Source: an uncultured Flavobacteriaceae bacterium (GTDB taxonomy: Bacteria; Pseudomonadota; Alphaproteobacteria; Micropepsales; Micropepsaceae). From it: a DNA stretch of 64,000 nt. This document shows, piece after piece, positions 56,070 through 64,000 of this stretch (the stretch's first letter is position 1; the number at the start of each line of letters is the position of its first letter). The notes beneath the pieces are model-generated. The model made no database searches and was not told the origin of the DNA. It was given only the letters and a program-made list of their open reading frames with translations. The translations under genes and the position numbers were made by a program. The DNA lies in NCBI GenBank assembly GCA_964483585.1, contig CAZABH010000002.1, forward strand, positions 65,380 through 129,379, read 5' to 3'.

Positions 56070-56513
56070 TCAGTTAACCGCTTCGGTCGTGAATTCTTCT
56101 ACAGGATTGAGATGCACGCGCTTCGTCAATTTCCCGAAGGCAAAGAAATTGAAGGTCATTGACCGGTCCTCCGGTGCATAAACAAAAAGCGGTGCCGTGC
56201 CGTTCTTGCGTGTCAATATGTTGCTGTTGAACCTTACCTCGCCTCGGGTTGCGGTTTCCCACTGGACCGGAAGCGCGCGTTTCATGGTTTTCGCGGTCTG
56301 CTCGCGTTCTGCCAGTGACGCTTCGCTGACGTCTACGGATAACGCTGTCGCGCGAATAATGTTTCCAGGCTCAACCTGAAGGCGAACTGCCAGGATCCAG
56401 TCGTTGGACGCCAAGTGGCCTTCCCAACGGCCAACAGGCGCTTCTTCGCTGCTGCAGCCTGCAAGCAGCCAGATCAGCAGCCCCATAAGGGCAATGTTGC
56501 CAAGCGTTGTCAT
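56070..56513 (-). CDS. Lipoprotein, unknown function
   Basis: Lipobox WLLAG-C, 147 aa. No family recognised. Confidence 0.5.
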   Translation of the reverse strand: MTTLGNIALMGLLIWLLAGCSSEEAPVGRWEGHLASNDWILAVRLQVEPGNIIRATALSVDVSEASLAEREQTAKTMKRALPVQWETATRGEVRFNSNILTRKNGTAPLFVYAPEDRSMTFNFFAFGKLTKRVHLNPVEEFTTEAVN

Positions 56514-56579
56514 GTCGTCGCCCGCCTCTGGACCCGACTGGTCACGAGCGTGCGACAGGATATACTAATGGCTGGTTAA

Positions 56580-57914
<1,335 letters not shown>

Positions 57915-57960
57915 TCAAGATGCAGGTGCAGGTCCAAAGTCTGTTTTCGTCCGTTCAACC

Positions 57961-57969
57961 TGGTATAAT
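57961..57969 (+). promoter_or_regulatory. Possible extended -10 element TGgTATAAT upstream of msrB
   Basis: Perfect TGnTATAAT 16 nt upstream of the msrB ATG. There is no good -35, and the implied leader would be only about 9 nt. Confidence 0.3.
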
Positions 57970-57984
57970 CTCCGGAGGCATGAC

Positions 57985-58473
57985 ATGAACGAGCGCCGCC
58001 TTCTGCTGCAGGCCCTGATGGCGACCGGTGCAGTTCTGGCAACCGGCTTGCCCGCGAGAGCCAGTGCGGCGCGGGGGGCTTTCGAGGTCACGAAAAGCGA
58101 GGCTGAATGGCGCCGTGTGCTGACGCCCCAGCAATTCTATGTCCTGCGTCAGCATGGGACCGAGTATGCGGGTTCGAGCCCTCTTGACCGCGAAAAGCGC
58201 AAGGGCGTCTTCCACTGTGCAGGCTGTGACCTGCCGCTGTTCTCATCGGATACGAAATATGACAGCGGGACGGGCTGGCCCAGTTTCTGGCAGCCGCTTC
58301 CAAACGCCATTGGTACTTCGATTGACCGATCCTTTTTCAGTGTACGCACAGAAGTGCACTGTCGGCGGTGTGGCGGACACCTCGGGCATGTATTCAATGA
58401 TGGGCCGCGACCCACTGGCTTGCGCTATTGCATGAATGGCGTTGCCATGACTTTCAAACCTGCCACGGCGTGA
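57985..58473 (+). CDS. msrB: Peptide-methionine (R)-S-oxide reductase MsrB with twin-arginine signal peptide
   Basis: MNERRLLLQALMATGAVLATGLPARASA is Tat-like. Zn CxxC pairs CAGC and CRRC. Catalytic RYCMNG. ATG at 57985 follows GGAGG. Confidence 0.9.
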   Translation: MNERRLLLQALMATGAVLATGLPARASAARGAFEVTKSEAEWRRVLTPQQFYVLRQHGTEYAGSSPLDREKRKGVFHCAGCDLPLFSSDTKYDSGTGWPSFWQPLPNAIGTSIDRSFFSVRTEVHCRRCGGHLGHVFNDGPRPTGLRYCMNGVAMTFKPATA

Positions 58474-58483
58474 GCATACTGAC

Positions 58484-59143
58484 ATGGCGAGAGTTTTCTT
58501 GTTTGTGAATGTGCTGTTTGCGGGGCTGCTTGCTGCGCTGGTGATGCCATCTCTCTGGGGTAATGCCAGCGGCGGAGCTGTAGGTGTTACTGCGCCGCCG
58601 GGTTCGGAGGTGGCGATCTTTGCCGGTGGCTGTTTCTGGTGCGTCGAGGCAGACTTCGACAAGGTGCCAGGCGTCCTGTCCACCACGTCAGGATATATCG
58701 GCGGGCATGTCGCGAACCCGACATACAAGCAGGTGACAAGCGGGACAACCGGGCATACGGAGGCCGTCCGGATTGTCTATGATCCAGGCAGGGTCAGTTA
58801 TGACCGATTGCTGTTCGTCTTCTGGCGCACGATCGATCCCGTGACGAAGGATGCGCAGTTTTGCGACTATGGTTCCCAGTACCGAACGGGGATCTTTGCA
58901 ACAAGTGATGCGCAGCTACAGAGGGCTCTGGCTTCGAAGGTTGCTCTTGAGCAGTCCGGTCGGTTGAAGCGTCCGATTGTAACTGAAGTTCTGCGGGCGG
59001 GAACCTTCTATCCCGCCGAGGACTATCATCAGGACTATTACAAGAAGGATCCGCTGCGCTACAATCTGTACCGTTTCAACTGCGGTCGCGATGCGCGGCT
59101 CGATGCATTGTGGGGCGCGGAGGCTGGCGGCGGAACGCGCTGA
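58484..59143 (+). CDS. msrA: Peptide-methionine (S)-S-oxide reductase MsrA with N-terminal signal/anchor
   Basis: Hydrophobic N-terminus MARVFLFVNVLFAGLLAALVMPSLWGNA, then the active site FAGGCFWCVE. Confidence 0.9.
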   Translation: MARVFLFVNVLFAGLLAALVMPSLWGNASGGAVGVTAPPGSEVAIFAGGCFWCVEADFDKVPGVLSTTSGYIGGHVANPTYKQVTSGTTGHTEAVRIVYDPGRVSYDRLLFVFWRTIDPVTKDAQFCDYGSQYRTGIFATSDAQLQRALASKVALEQSGRLKRPIVTEVLRAGTFYPAEDYHQDYYKKDPLRYNLYRFNCGRDARLDALWGAEAGGGTR

Positions 59144-59166
59144 GCGTCGGCTTCCGGGAGATACGA

Positions 59167-59661
59167 ATGTTTGTTGTCGAGAGCTTCTCCGGAACGAAGG
59201 AGGAGATGTACGAGGAGCTGCTGAGGCAGGCGCGCGGGCTTCTCGAGGGTGAGCGGGATCTTGTCGCCAATACGGCGAATCTCTCGGCCCTTATCTGGCA
59301 AATCGTGCCTGACCTGAACTGGGCGGGCTTCTATTTCATGCGTGGCGGAGAGCTTGTGCTGGGGCCTTTCCAGGGGAAACCCGCCTGCGTTCGGATTGCT
59401 GTTGGCAAAGGTGTCTGTGGCACTGCCGTCGCGTCCCGTTCGACCATGCTCGTCGAAGATGTTCATGCGTTCCCTGGTCACATCGCCTGCGATGCGGCAT
59501 CGAACTCGGAGTTGGTTGTGCCACTCATCATGAGCGGGCAGGTGGTTGGCGTCCTTGATCTTGATAGCCCGCAGCCTGGTCGCTTCGATGGTGTCGACCA
59601 ACACGGTGTCGAGCAGCTTGTCGCTTTCCTGATGACGGCGACAGATTTCCCGTCTTTGTGA
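59167..59661 (+). CDS. msrC: GAF-domain free methionine-(R)-sulfoxide reductase (MsrC/YebR-like)
   Basis: NWAGFYF...LGPFQGKPACVRIAVGKGVCGTA...VEDVHAFPGHIACDAASNSELVVPL is the fRMsr GAF pattern with its three Cys. No signal peptide. Confidence 0.75.
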   Translation: MFVVESFSGTKEEMYEELLRQARGLLEGERDLVANTANLSALIWQIVPDLNWAGFYFMRGGELVLGPFQGKPACVRIAVGKGVCGTAVASRSTMLVEDVHAFPGHIACDAASNSELVVPLIMSGQVVGVLDLDSPQPGRFDGVDQHGVEQLVAFLMTATDFPSL

Positions 59662-59696
59662 TCCCGAATTGTGGATGTGATCCCGGGGACGAGGTC

Positions 59697-59731
59697 GGCC
59701 GGACCGACGGGGTGGATCGGTCCGGCCTTTC
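59697..59731 (+). terminator. Rho-independent terminator after msrC
   Basis: GGCCGGACCGA-cggggtgga-TCGGTCCGGCC (11-bp perfect stem) followed by TTTC. Confidence 0.55.
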
Positions 59732-59893
59732 ACGCCTCATTCGTCAGGATATAGGGGGTACCCTGACGATTTCCTGGAAGGGAGTTCCAGTGCCGGAGCT
59801 TGGCTGCTACTGGAGGGGGAGAGTGCTGCTCCGGCTTCATTGACATGGTGATGCATCCGCCGATTGCCAAGAGCCCTCAAAAATCTTTTCCGG

Positions 59894-60787
59894 CTAGAAT
59901 TGCCATTCCCGGGCTTGTGAAACCATGAAATCCCGGAAGGCTGCGACGCGCTTCGAGCCGCGCATGGTTTCCGGATAGCACAGGTAGACCTCGTATTTCG
60001 GCCCTTGGGTTTCCTCGAGAATGCGAACCAGTCCCGTGTTGCCATGTGCCATGTAGTCGGGCAGGGCGCCAATGCCGATCCCGCTTTCGATGGCCTTGCT
60101 CATGGCTATGATGTTGTTCACGTACAACGTCGCATCGCGCGGATCGCCGGGTTTGCGACCTACCGCGGATAACCAATTGATCTGTGCGATCTCAGGGGGT
60201 GCGTCGCCGTAGATGATGATGTCGTGATCGTCGATGGCGCTGATGTCGGCGGGCTTGCCCTTGCGCGACAGATATTCCTGGCTGCCATAGACATGGTAGC
60301 CCACATCGAACAGCTTGCGCTGGATCAGGTCGCCCTGCACGGGCTGGCGCATGCGCAGCGCGATGTCGGCTTCGCGGTGGCTGAGGTCCAGCTCGCCATC
60401 GTGAAGCAGGAGATGCACCTTGATATCTGGATAGGCTTCAGAGAACAGGCGCAGACGTGGTGTGAGCCAGTAGGTGCCAATGCCAACGGTGGCTGTTATG
60501 CGCAGTTCGCCACGTGCTGTCTCGCGACTGTTCAGCAGGTCTTCTTCAACGGCGCTCAGTTCCTCGAATATGCGGGTCGTCGTCCGAAAGAGGCGCTCGC
60601 CCTGTTCGGTCCTTACGAGGCCGCGGGCGTGGCGTATGAAGAGGGGCGTCTTCAGTTCGTCTTCGAGGGCGCTGATCTGACGGCTGACGGCAGGCTGGCT
60701 GAGGCCCAGTTCTTCGCCCGCGTGGGTCAGGTTGCCCGCTCGTGCGACTGCATGAAACACACGTAGCCTGTCGAGATCCACCGGCAT
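59894..60787 (-). CDS. LysR-family transcriptional regulator
   Basis: N-terminal HTH LRVFHAVARAGNLTHAGEELGLSQPAVSRQISALE. 297 aa. 8 nt downstream of trxB on the same strand. Confidence 0.85.
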   Translation of the reverse strand: MPVDLDRLRVFHAVARAGNLTHAGEELGLSQPAVSRQISALEDELKTPLFIRHARGLVRTEQGERLFRTTTRIFEELSAVEEDLLNSRETARGELRITATVGIGTYWLTPRLRLFSEAYPDIKVHLLLHDGELDLSHREADIALRMRQPVQGDLIQRKLFDVGYHVYGSQEYLSRKGKPADISAIDDHDIIIYGDAPPEIAQINWLSAVGRKPGDPRDATLYVNNIIAMSKAIESGIGIGALPDYMAHGNTGLVRILEETQGPKYEVYLCYPETMRGSKRVAAFRDFMVSQAREWQF

Positions 60788-60795
60788 GGGGTCAT

Positions 60796-61863
<1,068 letters not shown>

Positions 61864-62832
61864 TCACTGAAATTTGAGTAATTTTTCGCGTATCAGAGCG
61901 GCAGCCCTGGCTGTCTCGTCGAGGGGAGTGTACGTCCAGGTCCCGATGCTGCCGTCAAAAACGCGTGCCGCGCCGAGATCTTGAAGGCGCTTGATCAAGC
62001 GTTCGAATTTTGCGCTTCCGCCTTCGAGAGGGAGAATGTGGACCGGTTTTCCGGTGGTGGCTGCCTCTACCATCATGTTCGTGGAATCGGATGTCACGAG
62101 GATGGCATCTGCATGGGCCAGCATTCCCAGCAGCGGATTGTCTCCGGTACCATCCCATATGTAGACGTGCTTGGCGTCGAGGGCCTCGCGCAGGATGCGT
62201 GTCTGCTCCGTGCCGGTTCGCCGTGACGTCGTGATCATCAAGGAAAACCCTGCATGCAGAAGTCCTCGAAGCTGTTCGGCAAGTGCAGTGGCGTCCCTTG
62301 TGTCGAAACGATGCGTTTTCGATCGTCCGCCCACGAGCACGGCGACCCTGGGTGATGGGTATGCCCGAACCAACTCCTGCCAGCGGTCTGCTGCGGCCTT
62401 CATGCTTGCAGCGTTGATCCTGTTCGGGCTGCCTATCAGAGACACGACGTTCCTGCCCTGCAACTCGTCGTGTTCTGGTGGGAGCACCATATCGAAATTG
62501 TCAGTGGCTATCCTGGGATGCTGAAGCTGGACGATCATTGTCTTGCCCAACGATCGGCGCTTGATTTCAAGCAGGAAGGGGATGCTGCGCCAGCCGCAGC
62601 CAATCGCGAGGCGGGGCCAAGGCGGCTGAAAGCCGGAGCTGTCTGACGCCAGGGACATGAAGGGTGCCGGCCAGGCGGTTACGGGCAGCAGGGTCCAGGG
62701 CAGGCGGGGATGCACGATCTTATTTTCGATCGGCAGTCCCACCGCCTCGGCCAGGCCGAGGCACTGGTTCAGCATGCCTGCTCGGCCGTCGGTTACAGTC
62801 CATATTGCCTCTTTCAGCATCGGATTATTCAC
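61864..62832 (-). CDS. ELM1/DUF1022-family protein (mitochondrial fission ELM1 homologue; GT-B-like)
   Basis: IWTVTDGRAGMLNQCLGLAEAVG N-terminus. 322 aa. Confidence 0.6.
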   Translation of the reverse strand: MNNPMLKEAIWTVTDGRAGMLNQCLGLAEAVGLPIENKIVHPRLPWTLLPVTAWPAPFMSLASDSSGFQPPWPRLAIGCGWRSIPFLLEIKRRSLGKTMIVQLQHPRIATDNFDMVLPPEHDELQGRNVVSLIGSPNRINAASMKAAADRWQELVRAYPSPRVAVLVGGRSKTHRFDTRDATALAEQLRGLLHAGFSLMITTSRRTGTEQTRILREALDAKHVYIWDGTGDNPLLGMLAHADAILVTSDSTNMMVEAATTGKPVHILPLEGGSAKFERLIKRLQDLGAARVFDGSIGTWTYTPLDETARAAALIREKLLKFQ

Positions 62833-62925
62833 AGAATTGCGCAGCCCTGAAATTTTATTGCTGAAAAACGCGATGGAAAACTATACAACACACGCGCGAA
62901 ACAAACTTATCTGGTTCATCTGTCA

Positions 62926-63402
62926 ATGCAGCGCAACAAGCTCGATGCCATCGATCGGCGCATCCTCCACGAACTGCAGACCGACGGTCGGATCACGAAT
63001 GTCGAGTTGTCGCAGCGTGCGAAAATATCGGCGCCTCCTTGTTTAAGGCGTGTGCGTGGGCTTGAGCAAGACGGTTTCATCAGGGGGTATCATGCGGATC
63101 TCGACCCCAAGGCCCTTGGCTACGAGGTCACTGCTTTCGCCTTCGTCGGGCTGACCAGCCAGGCAGAGCCAGACCTGAAGGCGTTCGAGGAGCAGGTGCG
63201 CCAATGGCCGATCGTGCGCGAGTGCTACATGATGTCTGGTGAGGTCGACTTCGTCCTGAAGTGCGTCGCGCATGACCTGGGGGAGTGGCAGAGCTTCGTT
63301 ACCCAAACGCTTACAGCTGCGCGCAGTGTTGCCTCGGTGAAGACGGCGCTGACGATCCGGGAATCAAAGCGCGAGCCGGGTGTGCCTGTGGATCTGGGGT
63401 GA
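62926..63402 (+). CDS. Lrp/AsnC-family transcriptional regulator
   Basis: LDAIDRRILHELQTDGRITNVELSQRAKISAPPCLRRVRGLEQDGFI plus a RAM domain. Confidence 0.9.
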   Translation: MQRNKLDAIDRRILHELQTDGRITNVELSQRAKISAPPCLRRVRGLEQDGFIRGYHADLDPKALGYEVTAFAFVGLTSQAEPDLKAFEEQVRQWPIVRECYMMSGEVDFVLKCVAHDLGEWQSFVTQTLTAARSVASVKTALTIRESKREPGVPVDLG

Positions 63403-63468
63403 CTTTAACGCCAGGGCTCTGGCGAGCAGCGCCGAGGAGCTGCCCGCGTGGCGGTCTGGAGGTCGGAA

Positions 63469-63942
63469 CTACTTGAATTCTACCTTCGTAATTTCGTAGG
63501 TGCGGCCGCCGGACGGCGTGTTGACCTCAACCGTGTCTCCAACCGACTTCCCGATCAAGGCGCGTGCCAGTGGGGATGACAAAGAGATGCGACCTTTCGA
63601 GAAGTCGGCTTCCATGTCGCCCACGATCTGGAACTTCGACTTTTGTTCCGTGTCTTCGTCCACGACTGAAACTGTCGCGCCGAACTTTACCGTCTTGCCG
63701 GAAAGCTTCGACACATCAATGACCTGTGCACGCGAAACCTTGTCCTCGAGTTCCATCACGCGGCCTTCTATGAAGCTCTGGCGCTCCTTGGCTGAGTGGT
63801 ACTCGGCATTCTCGGAGAGATCTCCGTGGGCGCGCGCTTCGGAGATTGCCTTGATGATGGCCGGACGTTCCACTGTTTTCAGGTGCTTGATCTCCGCCTC
63901 GAGCGCTGCGTAGCCCTGTGCGGTCATGGGAATCTTTTCCAT
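63469..63942 (-). CDS. greA: Transcription elongation factor GreA
   Basis: [22 protein letters not shown]...[16 protein letters not shown]. Listed ORF start 63975 trimmed to the family-typical ATG at 63942. Confidence 0.9.
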   Translation of the reverse strand: MEKIPMTAQGYAALEAEIKHLKTVERPAIIKAISEARAHGDLSENAEYHSAKERQSFIEGRVMELEDKVSRAQVIDVSKLSGKTVKFGATVSVVDEDTEQKSKFQIVGDMEADFSKGRISLSSPLARALIGKSVGDTVEVNTPSGGRTYEITKVEFK

Positions 63943-64000
63943 AGCCTGGTACTCATCACTTTCCAGTCGCGCCAAGGGACAACAGATCTAAGGGGCCTTG

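Overview
This is a densely coding, high-GC chromosomal segment (about 60-65% GC by eye, not computed). Gene content and synteny look alphaproteobacterial: uvrC-pgsA-moaD-moaE, prs-rplY-pth-ychF, petABC, lgt-midA-pgeF, and a MoxR/DUF58 envelope operon facing DUF1285-nudix-cca. I call about 70 CDS. I saw no rRNA, tRNA, CRISPR array, transposase, integrase or phage genes. Most of the window is core housekeeping: bc1 complex, haem, folate and molybdopterin synthesis, NER (uvrB, uvrC), translation factors and MTA salvage. Two stretches look accessory. The first, about 40.1-50.6 kb, holds an orphan secreted helical protein, DoxX, an AT-richer islet with two orphan ORFs, two outer-membrane beta-barrels, a lipoprotein, a YkgJ Cys-cluster protein, a methyltransferase/pyruvyl-transferase-like fusion and a TPR/GT9-like protein. 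The second, about 52.9-56.5 kb, holds small membrane proteins, an SRPBCC+GyrI-like fusion and three tandem lipoproteins, one of them MliC-like. I found no recognisable defence, toxin or secretion system. The items most worth follow-up are:
- the convergent, end-overlapping pair of a SAM-methyltransferase/pyruvyl-transferase-like fusion and a TPR-GT9-like protein;
- an exported (Tat/Sec) MsrB-MsrA pair with a cytosolic GAF-type fRMsr and no adjacent periplasmic reductant;
- an mtnP-apt-mtnA-class II aldolase cluster that fits the DHAP-shunt layout;
- a near-consensus FNR/FixK box between trmL-hemF and petABC;
- the uncharacterised MoxR/DUF58/BatA-N operon;
- an NDUFAF7/MidA homologue translationally coupled between lgt and pgeF.
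All family calls rest on motif recognition by eye. No database search was run. Many long ORFs in the six-frame track are GC-driven antisense shadows.
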